64,000 nucleotides of DNA from an uncultured Pseudomonadales bacterium (GCA_964556485.1 CAZKVV010000002.1:10291-74290), one strand, 5' to 3'; shown: positions 27,212 through 37,565, counted from the stretch's first letter. Notes: generated by a model not told the origin, from the letters alone. Numbers and translations: made by a program.

Positions 27212-28528
27212 TTATTTTCTTACAATCTGTGCGCCCATTGATCGAAGTCTGTCATCGAGTGATTCGTATCCTCTATCAACTTGTTCGATACCCTCAATCA
27301 CTGAGGTTCCTTTTGCAATCATTGCGGCAAGTATCAGTGTAGCACCATGTCGTAAGTCTTTGACAGTGAAAGTTCCAGCGTTTAGGTTGGCTTTTCCGTG
27401 AATTTTTATAGCATGATAATGGTTTGGTTTATCGTCTGAAAGCTCGAAATTGTAGACTTTCTCTGGATGCTCAATTTCTGGATTGTACAGCTCAATCTGA
27501 GCACCCATTTTTTGTAGTTCTTCAACATACTGAAACCGGTTGGACATGATGGTTTCATGAATGACACTGATACCTTCACATTGTGTTAAAAGTGTTGCCC
27601 AGAGTGGTTGCCAGTCTGTCATGAAGCCCGGTTCTATCTCAGTCACAATATCCGCCGCTCTTAGTGGGCCTTTGTAATAGAAGCGAATTCCATAATTTCC
27701 AACTTCATACCCAGCTCCAATTTCATCAAGTTTTTCTAGAAATGCTCTCAGATGGCTGCTATTTGCATTCTCAATAATTACATCACCTTTTGTGGCAATG
27801 GCTGCGCATGCATAACTTACCGCTTCATTTCTATCTGGAATTAATTTATGAATGGCACCCTTCAGATTCTCTACGCCTTCGATTTCGATTACACGCTCAG
27901 CTCTTCTACGAATACGCGCTCCCATTTGATTTAGGAACTCGATGAGGTCATCAATCTCAGGTTCAGCTGCAGCATTCTCTAGAATGGTTGTACCTTGTGC
28001 TTTGACAGCAGCAAGTATCATTGTCTCAGTCCCTGTATGGGTATTTTTGTTAAAGTGATAGGTTGTGCCTACAAGTTTTTTTGCAGTTGCAACAAACATT
28101 CCGTCTTTATATTCCACATGAGCTCCCAGTGCTTTAAGACCATCCCAATGTCGATCTAATGGGCGTTTTCCAATTTTATCTCCTCCAGGTGCTGGAACAG
28201 AAGCTTCCCCAAATCTTGCCAAAAGGGGTGGAATAAACATGGTTGAGAATCTACCTTGCTCGCCATGTTCGCGATCGATACTATGTTGGGTGAGTGTAGA
28301 AGGGTCAATAAATAGTGCTCGCTCACCAGCTTTTTTGACAGTGCCACCCAAGTATTCAATTATGTGTGAAACCAGTTCAACGTCACTAATTCTTGAAAAA
28401 TTAAGTAATCTTGACTCGGAATCCCCAAGTAATGATGCAATCATTAATTTATATGAAGCATTTTTGGCGCCACCAATCCGAACAGAACCATGTAATGGCG
28501 TGCCGCCAGTAACATAAAAACTTGACAT
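27212..28528 (-). CDS. murA: UDP-N-acetylglucosamine 1-carboxyvinyltransferase
   Basis: VRIGGAKNASYKLMIASLL, 438 aa EPT fold. Confidence 0.9.
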   Translation of the reverse strand: MSSFYVTGGTPLHGSVRIGGAKNASYKLMIASLLGDSESRLLNFSRISDVELVSHIIEYLGGTVKKAGERALFIDPSTLTQHSIDREHGEQGRFSTMFIPPLLARFGEASVPAPGGDKIGKRPLDRHWDGLKALGAHVEYKDGMFVATAKKLVGTTYHFNKNTHTGTETMILAAVKAQGTTILENAAAEPEIDDLIEFLNQMGARIRRRAERVIEIEGVENLKGAIHKLIPDRNEAVSYACAAIATKGDVIIENANSSHLRAFLEKLDEIGAGYEVGNYGIRFYYKGPLRAADIVTEIEPGFMTDWQPLWATLLTQCEGISVIHETIMSNRFQYVEELQKMGAQIELYNPEIEHPEKVYNFELSDDKPNHYHAIKIHGKANLNAGTFTVKDLRHGATLILAAMIAKGTSVIEGIEQVDRGYESLDDRLRSMGAQIVRK

Positions 28529-28544
28529 GTTCCCACCCTTTCAT

Positions 28545-29513
28545 TTATTTGCCACCCAAGTAAAACACTTCTTCATGGAGTGTAACGCCAAACCGCTTAT
28601 GAACAGCAGTCTTGACAACTTCGAGTAGTTTTTTTACATCTTCACTTGTTCCAGTACCATCATTCACAAACCAAGCAGCGTGTTTTGTACTCACACTAAT
28701 GCCACCTTGTCTTGTTCCTTTTAATCCAGCTTGATCGATAATATAACCTGCTGGTACAAAGGTGGTTTCTGCAAAGTCTGGAAACATTTTTCTTAGATTA
28801 TCATCTGTAGGACAGTTTTGGAAAATGCAGCCTGAACTAGGTATTCCGAGTGGTTGTGTTTTTGCCCGGTACTCTGTTGCGTGTTTAATTTTTTCTTGTG
28901 AAGTTTTAGCATCACCTTGTTTAACTAAAAAATCGACTGTGTAGATAATCTCACCTGTTCTTTGGAACCGAGAATGCTCATATTCAAACTCACACTCTTT
29001 TTTTTCATAGCTAACCAATGTACCGTCTTTGGTGAAGGCCTGCACACTATAGATATGTTCAGAAAGTAAATCTGATAAATAGTGGGCGTTATTGTAAGCT
29101 GCGCCACCAACTGTACCAGGAACGCCGAGGAAGTATTCAAGACCTGTGTAACCAAGTTCAACAACTTTTGCTACAAGTGGGGCCATCTTAGTTCCTGATC
29201 CAGCTCTAATAATACGTTCAGTATCGTTTTGTAGCGCAAGCGGCACAATGCTTTTTTGCTCTATATACAGTACAATTCCTGGAATTCCTTCGTCAGCAAT
29301 AATGACATTACTTGCGCCTCCGAGGACACGTAATGGAATAGCATGCGAATGCACAAATACAAGTAAATCTTTGATTGCTTCTTCACTGCTGAGAGCAACA
29401 AGTGCCTCTGCAGGTCCACCAATTTTCATGTAAGTACGTGGTGCTAGTGGGACGTCAAACTGCCAGGGATAGGTAGGAAAAGCATCTGACAGCTGTGTTT
29501 GTAATTTTGTCAT
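28545..29513 (-). CDS. murB: UDP-N-acetylenolpyruvoylglucosamine reductase
   Basis: TYMKIGGPAEALV and VLGGASNVII FAD-binding motifs. Confidence 0.85.
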   Translation of the reverse strand: MTKLQTQLSDAFPTYPWQFDVPLAPRTYMKIGGPAEALVALSSEEAIKDLLVFVHSHAIPLRVLGGASNVIIADEGIPGIVLYIEQKSIVPLALQNDTERIIRAGSGTKMAPLVAKVVELGYTGLEYFLGVPGTVGGAAYNNAHYLSDLLSEHIYSVQAFTKDGTLVSYEKKECEFEYEHSRFQRTGEIIYTVDFLVKQGDAKTSQEKIKHATEYRAKTQPLGIPSSGCIFQNCPTDDNLRKMFPDFAETTFVPAGYIIDQAGLKGTRQGGISVSTKHAAWFVNDGTGTSEDVKKLLEVVKTAVHKRFGVTLHEEVFYLGGK

Positions 29514-30943
29514 TATAAAAGTTCGTGAACTTTGTAGATATCACCCGCACCAATGGTCAGAATAACTGAACCTTTCGGCGCATGTGTATTGAGATACTTA
29601 GCAAGCTCTTGATAATTAGGTACCACCACGACTTGCCTTTCTGGGTTCTGTTCCTCAATTGCAGCAGCGAGTGCTTTACTACTCACCGTGTCATCAAAAT
29701 TTTCTCTAGCAGAAGCAAATATGTCTAGCAGTATTAGCTGAGGTGCGTTAGACAGTGCTAAGACAAACTCAGTAAAGAGCTCTTTTGTTCTGCTAAAAGT
29801 ATGTGGCTGAAACGCAATTATACATGGTACTGTTGGGTACCAATCTGTAAGTGCATTTAGTACTGCTGAGATTTCGCTTGGGTGATGCGCATAGTCATCG
29901 TAGTAAGTAATGGAGTCTTTGATTCCCTTGTTCTCAAATCTACGCTGAGTAGATGCAAAGCTTGAGAGCGCCTTAGTGATGTCGTTAATTTCATATCCTA
30001 ACTGATGACATAGTGTAATAGTCGCCACCGCATTTTCAACGTTGTATCTACCTGGAACTTGAAGCTTGAAAGAATGCCGTTTTTTGTCGTATACAACCTC
30101 TGCTTGGGTAACGCCAGCCTTAGAGGTATCAACATGATAGAGTGCAAGATAGTCGCATTCACCAATTGAGCCAAAGCTTACGACCTTACTTTTTGTCGCT
30201 GGCAGAACGAGATCTCTATCTTTTCGGTTGCAAATAATAGTACCAGAGTTTGGTACTTTGGTAAAAAATGCTTGATACACCGCATGTGTTTGTTCAACAG
30301 TTTTATATACATCTGGATGGTCAAAATGAATATTTGTACAGATGCAGTGTGAAGGATGTAGGAAAGAGAAACGAGGTATACCGTCTTTTCCAACTTTTAC
30401 TTCTTCTGGGTTGGTTACATACTCATCAGCTTCGACGACAAAATACCTGCTTTGCTGATTCCAACGACCTGTCTTTGGTAGCCCTACAATGCTTCCCACA
30501 CCTACTGAATATGAAGGTTTGTCGCCAAGTTTCTCAAGTACCCAGGTGACCATAGCACTGACAGTCGATTTTCCACCAACACCGCAGACAGCAATCGTTT
30601 CTTTTTGAGCAGAAAAAATGCCTAACGCTTCAGCTTGAGAATATATTTGAATATTGTTTGTTTGCGCTTGTTGAACAATAGAATTCTGTTTTCCTTGATG
30701 TGCTGCTGTGTAAATAACACAGTCAACTGTTTCAGGAATAGTATGGTCAAAGCCACTGGTAATGGAAATATCTAACGTACACAATGCCTCAGCGGTAACA
30801 AAGTCTTCAGCTACATCACAACCACTCACCTTAATTCCTACGTCAACAAGTAGTTCTGCCAGCGATGTCATTGCCACACCTTTAATTCCAACTAGGTAAC
30901 AGTGTGAAAAAGAAGAAAATGGTGCGGTGTCAGTATGTTGCAT
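29513..30943 (-). CDS. murC: UDP-N-acetylmuramate--L-alanine ligase
   Basis: N-terminal YLVGIKGVAMTSLAELL (MurC Rossmann) and AVCGVGGKST P-loop; 476 aa. Confidence 0.8.
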   Translation of the reverse strand: MQHTDTAPFSSFSHCYLVGIKGVAMTSLAELLVDVGIKVSGCDVAEDFVTAEALCTLDISITSGFDHTIPETVDCVIYTAAHQGKQNSIVQQAQTNNIQIYSQAEALGIFSAQKETIAVCGVGGKSTVSAMVTWVLEKLGDKPSYSVGVGSIVGLPKTGRWNQQSRYFVVEADEYVTNPEEVKVGKDGIPRFSFLHPSHCICTNIHFDHPDVYKTVEQTHAVYQAFFTKVPNSGTIICNRKDRDLVLPATKSKVVSFGSIGECDYLALYHVDTSKAGVTQAEVVYDKKRHSFKLQVPGRYNVENAVATITLCHQLGYEINDITKALSSFASTQRRFENKGIKDSITYYDDYAHHPSEISAVLNALTDWYPTVPCIIAFQPHTFSRTKELFTEFVLALSNAPQLILLDIFASARENFDDTVSSKALAAAIEEQNPERQVVVVPNYQELAKYLNTHAPKGSVILTIGAGDIYKVHELL

Positions 30944-30945
30944 GC

Positions 30946-31923
30946 CTATAAAAGCTTTTTAAATACTATTGCTAGTTTTTCTGGATCATGACGGAGCAGA
31001 GATCTATAGGCAGTGTCAGATGTATCTTTAATTAATACATCGTCACTAATTAATGGCTCTCTAACAACTTTGCTGTTTATACCCAAATCGTCAACGACAG
31101 GATGTTCATGTGCATTGGCATAGAGCGTTTTTGCTGCAGCTGGAATTTCAGCATTATTTACTATCACGAAATCAACTGTTCGTTGCAATGTGGCCTCTAT
31201 CTTGTTTAGATGATCGAGCGCTGTCATGTCGTGGGTTTGTGTCAATCTGGTCATGAGGTTGGTAATATATGCGATTTCACCTTTTATTTTGCCGAATGCT
31301 GCTGGAATGCCGGGAACAACTAGTGTTGCTAGAAGACTGGCATAGAAATCGCCGGGTCCAATGATAATGAGATCTGCATTTTTGAGTGCTTCTTCTGCTT
31401 TGGAGTGCAGGGTGCAGTCAGGTATTAGTTTGACTGATTGGATTGTTTTTGGTTCAGTGATATCCTCATCGAGGGTGTGTTCGCCCACTACTGTACTATC
31501 GTCAGTATAGGTAATTTCAAGATTAACATTTTCTTCTGTAACTGGTATGACTGTCCCTGATAAATTAAATATTTTTTGCGCAATTTCAAGCGATTGTGAA
31601 GTACTGCCGGTCATGTCTTGGAGTGCGGTTAACAGTAAGTTTCCAAGATTGTGGCCTTTGAGTCCATCACCGCGAGAAAAACGATACAAGAGAATTTTTT
31701 TAATCCATTCTTGACCGTCGGAGTCAGCCATCGCTGCCAGTGATTGACGAAGGTCACCAACTGGTTGAAATCCAAACTCGTCGCGAATACGACCGGTTGA
31801 ACCTCCAGAATCGGATACAGCAATAATAGAAGTGATATCACAATCAAGCATTTTCAATGCTGATACGACCGCGAACGTTCCCGTTCCACCTCCCATTACT
31901 ACCACTTTTTTCTTGTTTTCCAT
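30946..31923 (-). CDS. yvcK: YvcK/CofD-like (UPF0052) gluconeogenesis-factor family protein
   Basis: VVMGGGTGTFAV...SDSGGSTGRIRDEFG signature of the YvcK/2-phospho-L-lactate transferase family. Confidence 0.75.
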   Translation of the reverse strand: MENKKKVVVMGGGTGTFAVVSALKMLDCDITSIIAVSDSGGSTGRIRDEFGFQPVGDLRQSLAAMADSDGQEWIKKILLYRFSRGDGLKGHNLGNLLLTALQDMTGSTSQSLEIAQKIFNLSGTVIPVTEENVNLEITYTDDSTVVGEHTLDEDITEPKTIQSVKLIPDCTLHSKAEEALKNADLIIIGPGDFYASLLATLVVPGIPAAFGKIKGEIAYITNLMTRLTQTHDMTALDHLNKIEATLQRTVDFVIVNNAEIPAAAKTLYANAHEHPVVDDLGINSKVVREPLISDDVLIKDTSDTAYRSLLRHDPEKLAIVFKKLL

Positions 31924-31924
31924 A

Positions 31925-33151
31925 TTATTTTTTCAAACTTTCTAGTATTGCTTCTTTATCACTCCATGGGTACTCAGTGGTACCGTAACACATGCTTTTT
32001 TCATGTCCTTTTCCAAGGACAGCTATAATATCTCCAGGCTGTGCAAGTTTGGAAACAGCAAAATCAATTGCCTCCTTACGGTCTGCAATCGACATCACTT
32101 TAGCATGGTTTTGAGTTAATTTCTCTTTCATCTGTCTAATAATGGTCCAGACATCTTCAGTCCGCGGATCTTCTGCAGTGAAGATTGTGATATCTGCTAG
32201 TCGCGCACCGATTTCACCCATAATAGGTCTTTTTTCACTATCTCTTAGTCCTGCACAACCATATATTGAGATGAGTCTGCCCTTTTTCTTATTTTTTTTC
32301 ATGTAACCTCGTAGTGCTGTTAGAGCACTTTCTAACCCTTGCGGAGTGTGGGCAAAATCTACGACTAACTCAAAATGGCGAGTTGTTTTAACAAATTCCA
32401 TTCTTCCAGGAATTCCTGGAAAATTTGCGATTGCTGTAGCAAAGTCTTCGTCAGAAACCAGTAAAATTTGTGCTAAACCATAGACCAGTCTGGCATTCAT
32501 TTGATTATATTTTTCTTGAAATCGCTCCGTAATTGCGGCAGTTACTTTTTTTGATAAGGAAACTGAAGTACTGTATGACTTAACATCGGTATCTAGTGGC
32601 AGGAGTCGCTTGACCTTGTAGTATGAGGTGTCATCTGCATTAAGGACAACTTTTTTTGCTTGTGAAAGCAGCTCCGTTTTTGCTGCCAAGTACTCATCAT
32701 ACGAAATATGGTAATCAAGATGCTCTCTGGTGATGTTAGTTAATCCAGCAAAATCGGGATTAACACCCCAAGTTCGATACTGATATACACCATGCGAGGT
32801 AACTTCAAGAACAAGATGGGTAAAACCTTTGTCTACCATCATTCGCATAAAACGCTGAAGATCATCTGGTTGAGGTGAAGTGACATGGAAACCAGTGTCA
32901 ATCTCTTCATCACCTAAATAGGCAGCAACAGTTGTAAGAAGCGCAACTTTAAATCCTGCCTGTTTGAGTACATGGTATAGCATTGTTGAGGAGGTAGTTT
33001 TGCCATCTGTTCCGGTAATGGCAATAACAGTGAGCTTTTTTGAAGGGAAATGATGCTTGTACTCAGCTGGCAAACCTTTGAGGAGGCCAGTTTTAATATA
33101 GTGGTATGGTCGCTTTAACCTATACAGTAATAGTTTAAGCATAGATGCCAT
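31925..33151 (-). CDS. murE: Mur ligase, short MurE-like form (UDP-MurNAc-dipeptide ligase)
   Basis: P-loop VIAITGTDGKTTSSTML and C-terminal GCAGLRDSEKRPIMGEI...EDPRTE (MurE DNPR-like motif). Only 408 aa, so it lacks the usual N-terminal domain. Confidence 0.6.
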   Translation of the reverse strand: MASMLKLLLYRLKRPYHYIKTGLLKGLPAEYKHHFPSKKLTVIAITGTDGKTTSSTMLYHVLKQAGFKVALLTTVAAYLGDEEIDTGFHVTSPQPDDLQRFMRMMVDKGFTHLVLEVTSHGVYQYRTWGVNPDFAGLTNITREHLDYHISYDEYLAAKTELLSQAKKVVLNADDTSYYKVKRLLPLDTDVKSYSTSVSLSKKVTAAITERFQEKYNQMNARLVYGLAQILLVSDEDFATAIANFPGIPGRMEFVKTTRHFELVVDFAHTPQGLESALTALRGYMKKNKKKGRLISIYGCAGLRDSEKRPIMGEIGARLADITIFTAEDPRTEDVWTIIRQMKEKLTQNHAKVMSIADRKEAIDFAVSKLAQPGDIIAVLGKGHEKSMCYGTTEYPWSDKEAILESLKK

Positions 33152-33152
33152 T

Positions 33153-34976
33153 TTATTCCTTTTGTTCTATTTTATCAGGTGGAATTCCAAGATGAACGAA
33201 TAAGTCATTGGCAACAGCATACCAAAGTGGTGCAGCAGTTTCAGCTGCCCAAGTAGAAGATGTTGGTTCAACTAGCTTAACAAACAGTACAAAAGCCGGA
33301 TCATATGCTGGAGCAAATCCAATAAAACTAGCAATTGTTGCATCTTCTTTATAACCGCCATCCGGTGAAGGAATTTGAGCAGTGCCGGTTTTTCCCGCTA
33401 CAGTGTATTTTTTTGAAGCAGTCCATTGCGCTTCCCCACCTTGAGCTGCAGTAATCATCATCTCTGTTACAGTCTTGGCAGTTTCTTTGGAAACAACCTG
33501 ACTAAGTGCAGTCTGTTGCATGGCAACTTCTTCATTTGTAGTTGAATCTATAACTCCAGAAACAATATAGGGTTGCATCATCAAGCCATTATTTGCAATG
33601 GCGCTGATAGCACGTACTAATTGCATGCTAGTAATACTGATGCCCTGTCCAAATGACATGGTTGCTAATTCAACTGGTCCAAATTTTTGGGGAAATGGTG
33701 TAGTGGTATCTTCCTGCATATCAATGTGCAGTTCTTCACCAATTTTAAAAGCTTTTAGATAGTTTTTAAAACGATCGGCACCTAATTTTTCCGCGATGTA
33801 AATCATTGCCGTGTTGTCAGATTTTGCCAGTTCCTGTTCCATGGTAATGTTTGGGTTGTAGACATCATTCCAGGTTTTAATTGTGTATTTGCCAAATATT
33901 CTTGGTCCTGCACACACCGGGCAGGTGGTATCTTTGGTGATTTCTTTACTATCAATGCCAGCTGCTACAGTTAGCACTTTAAAGGTAGATCCAGGCTCGT
34001 ATGCTGCAGTTAGCGTTGGGTTTTTATATTGGCTAGGATCAGACTCTGAAAATCTATCAGGGTTATATGTTGGTGCTGTTGCGATAGCCAAGATTTGTCC
34101 AGTTTTTGGGTCAAGAACAATGATTTCTCCAGCTGCTGCCCCATACTTTTGCAGACCTTTTTCGAGAGCTTGCCAAACAAGGTACTGAATATCTCTACGA
34201 ATAGTTGTGATTACTGTTCTACCGTTAATAATAGGTTGCTTGGTTTCATTTTGTGAAAACAATTCAAAACCAAGCGCATCCGCAAAAATGGTTGAGGTAT
34301 CATTTCTAGCCATGAGTTCTTTGTTTAAGGCACCTTCAATTCCAAAGTAACCAGTATCTTCACCTTGTTCATTTTTACCTACAAATCCGGTAATAGTTGC
34401 TGCCATTGATGCTTCTGGATACCACCGACGATGATATGCATCAAAACCTACGGCATGGAAATCAAGTGCCGCGATCTTTTCTTTTGTTGCCTGAGAAATA
34501 GGCTGATACAAACTTATCCAACGAGATGAATTATCTGAGAGCTTCTCGAGAAGAGTGTTTTGCAGCTGTAGTTCTCTGGTCTTTTTTTCTGCAGAACCAG
34601 ACACTGATTGATAGGCACTATCACCTTCAACAAGAATGGGCACTAAAGCAGATACAATGACTTCAGGCTTTACAGTTAACTGATTTGGTTGGGCAAAAAC
34701 GCGAAATACTTCTTCATTACTAACAAGTGGGAACGCTTCATATGACAGAATTTCACCTCTTAGTCCTGTTTTAGTAAAGGTGCGTTGATACTGATTTTCT
34801 GCCTGCGTACTGAGTGAATTGCCCCTAAGAACTTGCCAATAGAAGAGTCGTGCAAATACCAACAGCATTGCAAAAAAAACAAAAATGAGACTAAACTTGG
34901 AACGCTTGCTGATGACTTCAGGTTGTAAAAGTGTATGTTCGGTGCTTGTACGTTTTTTTCTGATCAGCTGATACAT
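33153..34976 (-). CDS. ftsI: Penicillin-binding protein (class B transpeptidase, FtsI-like)
   Basis: N-terminal TM; SXXK (EPGSTFK), SXN (AKSDNT), KTG (AGKTGTAQ) motifs. Confidence 0.9.
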   Translation of the reverse strand: MYQLIRKKRTSTEHTLLQPEVISKRSKFSLIFVFFAMLLVFARLFYWQVLRGNSLSTQAENQYQRTFTKTGLRGEILSYEAFPLVSNEEVFRVFAQPNQLTVKPEVIVSALVPILVEGDSAYQSVSGSAEKKTRELQLQNTLLEKLSDNSSRWISLYQPISQATKEKIAALDFHAVGFDAYHRRWYPEASMAATITGFVGKNEQGEDTGYFGIEGALNKELMARNDTSTIFADALGFELFSQNETKQPIINGRTVITTIRRDIQYLVWQALEKGLQKYGAAAGEIIVLDPKTGQILAIATAPTYNPDRFSESDPSQYKNPTLTAAYEPGSTFKVLTVAAGIDSKEITKDTTCPVCAGPRIFGKYTIKTWNDVYNPNITMEQELAKSDNTAMIYIAEKLGADRFKNYLKAFKIGEELHIDMQEDTTTPFPQKFGPVELATMSFGQGISITSMQLVRAISAIANNGLMMQPYIVSGVIDSTTNEEVAMQQTALSQVVSKETAKTVTEMMITAAQGGEAQWTASKKYTVAGKTGTAQIPSPDGGYKEDATIASFIGFAPAYDPAFVLFVKLVEPTSSTWAAETAAPLWYAVANDLFVHLGIPPDKIEQKE

Positions 34977-34997
34977 ACGAGTTGTTGCTTTGAGACG

Positions 34998-35285
34998 CTA
35001 TCGTAGTGCCACTGCAATGGTAGTGGTATCAACCACAAAATGTGTCTGTATATTAGTATAGTCTTGTGTCAGAGCAGCTGAAGCAATTTGTGACAGGGAT
35101 GTGTGCTCTGCGATCTGCTTTTTGAGTTGTGCTTTTTCTTGTAGTAGCTGTTTTTTTTGCGACTGCAGCTGTGCTACTTCCTGACCATGGAATACTACTA
35201 GACTACTGTTATAAACAGTACTAACTATTTGTGCAAGTACGACAAAACTACTAAAAGCATAGATCATTGTTATTTTAGTATTCAT
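34998..35285 (-). CDS. ftsL: FtsL-like cell division protein
   Basis: 95 aa; single TM followed by coiled-coil (QLQSQKKQLLQEKAQLKKQI); located between rsmH and ftsI. Confidence 0.55.
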   Translation of the reverse strand: MNTKITMIYAFSSFVVLAQIVSTVYNSSLVVFHGQEVAQLQSQKKQLLQEKAQLKKQIAEHTSLSQIASAALTQDYTNIQTHFVVDTTTIAVALR

Positions 35286-36187
35286 ATATTCTTTCTAATT
35301 GCACGTAGCTTTGCGCTTCTGGCGCGATTGTTTTCTTCTAGTTCATCGATAGAGGCGCCGATTGGTTTGGCTGAAAGTAGCTTACCTTTTTTATTGCTTT
35401 CCCATGCTTTGAATTGTTGTTTAACAATCCTGTCTTCTCCTTCATGGAAAGAAATAGTTGCAAGTACACCTCCTGGTTTAAGCAAACTAAAGGCATGTGG
35501 AAGTGCTGTAGTAATTTCATCCAACTCGCTGTTAACCGCAATGCGGAGAGCTTGGAAGACTTTTGTAGCAGGGTGAATTCCTGGTTTAGTTCGCTTTTTA
35601 ACCGAGACAATGAGTGAGCTGAGTTCAGTTGTGGTAGTAATTGGAGTTTTGGCAGATTTAATTGCTTTTGCAATGTTTTTTGCTTCTTCTTCACCACCAA
35701 ACTCTATGAATAGGTCAGCAAGCTGACTTTCAGGAACTACGGCTAAGATGTCTTTTGCAGTAACTCCTAGTCTGGTATCCATTCTCATGTCAAGTTGACC
35801 TTCGCCGGTAAAACTGAATCCTCTTTGAGCTGAAGTTAATTGATTTGAACTAGTTCCAAAGTCAAATAAAACGCCTGAAATTTCCAAATCTGGAAGCTTT
35901 TTTTTGAGTTGTTTGATCTCAGTTGACATGTTGCTAAAACTTTCATTGATGAGAATGAGATTTCCAGCGGCTATCTGTTTTTCAAATGCTGTTTTGCCAA
36001 ATTGAATTGCTTCCATGTCCCAATCAAATGCAATGACATATGCACCACTATCTAGTAGTGCTTGGGTGTGTCCACCTCTGCCAAATGTGGCATCGACATA
36101 CCAGTGCGTAGCTTGTGGCTGCAGTGCTGTGAGTGTCTCCGCGAGGAGAACTGGAATGTGTTTATTCTGCATTGATGCTTTCTGCAA
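35282..36187 (-). CDS. rsmH: 16S rRNA (cytosine1402-N4)-methyltransferase
   Basis: HIPVLLAETL...YVDATFGRGGHT signature of RsmH/MraW. Confidence 0.9.
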   Translation of the reverse strand: MQKASMQNKHIPVLLAETLTALQPQATHWYVDATFGRGGHTQALLDSGAYVIAFDWDMEAIQFGKTAFEKQIAAGNLILINESFSNMSTEIKQLKKKLPDLEISGVLFDFGTSSNQLTSAQRGFSFTGEGQLDMRMDTRLGVTAKDILAVVPESQLADLFIEFGGEEEAKNIAKAIKSAKTPITTTTELSSLIVSVKKRTKPGIHPATKVFQALRIAVNSELDEITTALPHAFSLLKPGGVLATISFHEGEDRIVKQQFKAWESNKKGKLLSAKPIGASIDELEENNRARSAKLRAIRKNI

Positions 36188-36584
36188 GGTTTTCTGCTTC
36201 GGATTCTAGAGTAATGAGGTAGTCGTGATAGAGATCACGGTCCCAAAGTTCTATGTAAGAGAAACTGCCAACTATGACGACGTCTTTGGTAATATGGGCG
36301 AATTGGGTCAAGTACTCGGGCAGTTGTACTCGACCATTTGTGTCTGGCTCAATTTCAAAGGCTTCATTTGTAAGGAGACGGACGAAGTCTCGGTTTCTTT
36401 TTTTTGTAAAAGAGCTGGCTTTTATGTTTTCCAGTTGCTTCTGGAACTCAGATTTCTCGAAGATAAATAATCCTCCGTCAAGTCCTCTTGTCACAATCCA
36501 GTTTGCAGCTTTATCTCTAAAAGCTTTTGGAAGTGATACTCTGCCCTTTTCTTCTACTTTGTGATAAAACTTACCTATAAACAT
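36162..36584 (-). CDS. mraZ: Transcriptional regulator MraZ
   Basis: MFIGKFYHKVEEKGRVSLPKAFR. The track ORF extends to 36659 with a 25-aa spurious leader; start set at the ATG at 36582-36584. Confidence 0.85.
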   Translation of the reverse strand: MFIGKFYHKVEEKGRVSLPKAFRDKAANWIVTRGLDGGLFIFEKSEFQKQLENIKASSFTKKRNRDFVRLLTNEAFEIEPDTNGRVQLPEYLTQFAHITKDVVIVGSFSYIELWDRDLYHDYLITLESEAENLAESINAE

Positions 36585-36724
36585 TTTTACTTGGGCTAAA
36601 TACCACTTCTTACCACTATCGAGATATAGTATGCAAAACCTCTGGTGAATTGTAAACACACAAATGACCCGAAAAGCCGCTAAATCAAATCCTAGAACAC
36701 ATCGCAGTTTTCAACGAAGTGCAC

Positions 36725-36758
36725 AAAAAAGCCACCTGTTTTGGTGGCTTTTAATGAA
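36725..36758 (-). terminator. Rho-independent terminator after the 36774 gene
   Basis: Minus strand: AAAGCCACC-AAAACA-GGTGGCTTTTTT. Confidence 0.7.
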
Positions 36759-36773
36759 AAAAACGAAGAAAAA

Positions 36774-37565
36774 TTAGTTAGTAATTACAGCGTAGAGTTC
36801 TAGTAATTTACCTGTTGCAGTTGCTGTTTTACCTTCAGATTTTGTTTCTAATTCTGCCCATTGTGAACCGTCATAGCCGACAATGGTAAATGCACCTTCT
36901 TCTTTAGTTCTGATGGTGATGTTAGCTTCACCATCAAATGTTTCTGATGCTGCGAGTGAGTACAGTTCTGAAACTAATGTACCGGGTAGTTCTGATGGCG
37001 CACCTGCAGTATTAAAAATAACAAGGTACGGTACAGTACTGAGGTCTTTAGATTCAATCATGAATAGAGAATCTCTTGAACCAAATGAAGATTCCTTTGC
37101 ATTGTTTTCAAAATATTTCCAGTCTGATTGTAATGCATAGTTTTCAGGTCCTTCAAAGCGTGTAAGCAATGAGCCACCTTTAACATCTTCGTGGTAGGTA
37201 CAAGCACCGCCTGCACTACAGCTCCCAAGTAGGATCTTTTCACGAGCAGGCATTGCATCTAGATCAAATTGACCAAATGCACCTTGAAGCAGTGAGCCAG
37301 CTTGATATTCAAGCTCATACTCTACACTTGAAGCATCTTTATTGAGCTTTTCTACGGCAATACTCAAGTTTCTACCGTCAGCATGTGGAGTAATAGTTAG
37401 ATATGGTCTTTCTGCAACAGCAATAATGTTAACTGGTTCAGAAACTTTCTTTTTTTGTTGTGCTTCTTGGGGAACCTCAGCTGGTTTTTTGGTAAATTTG
37501 TACACACCAAATCCAACAATTCCAAGGACAACGATAACTCCAATGATGGGGAAAGCTTTTTTCAT
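36774..37565 (-). CDS. Secreted/membrane-anchored hypothetical protein (263 aa)
   Basis: N-terminal signal-anchor KKAFPIIGVIVVLGIVGFGVY followed by a soluble beta-rich domain. Confidence 0.5.
   Translation of the reverse strand: MKKAFPIIGVIVVLGIVGFGVYKFTKKPAEVPQEAQQKKKVSEPVNIIAVAERPYLTITPHADGRNLSIAVEKLNKDASSVEYELEYQAGSLLQGAFGQFDLDAMPAREKILLGSCSAGGACTYHEDVKGGSLLTRFEGPENYALQSDWKYFENNAKESSFGSRDSLFMIESKDLSTVPYLVIFNTAGAPSELPGTLVSELYSLAASETFDGEANITIRTKEEGAFTIVGYDGSQWAELETKSEGKTATATGKLLELYAVITN

Noticed and set aside
36162-36659. Long form of mraZ (165 aa)
   Set aside because: MraZ homologs begin at MFIGK...; the first 25 codons overlap the rsmH-distal promoter region and lack an RBS.
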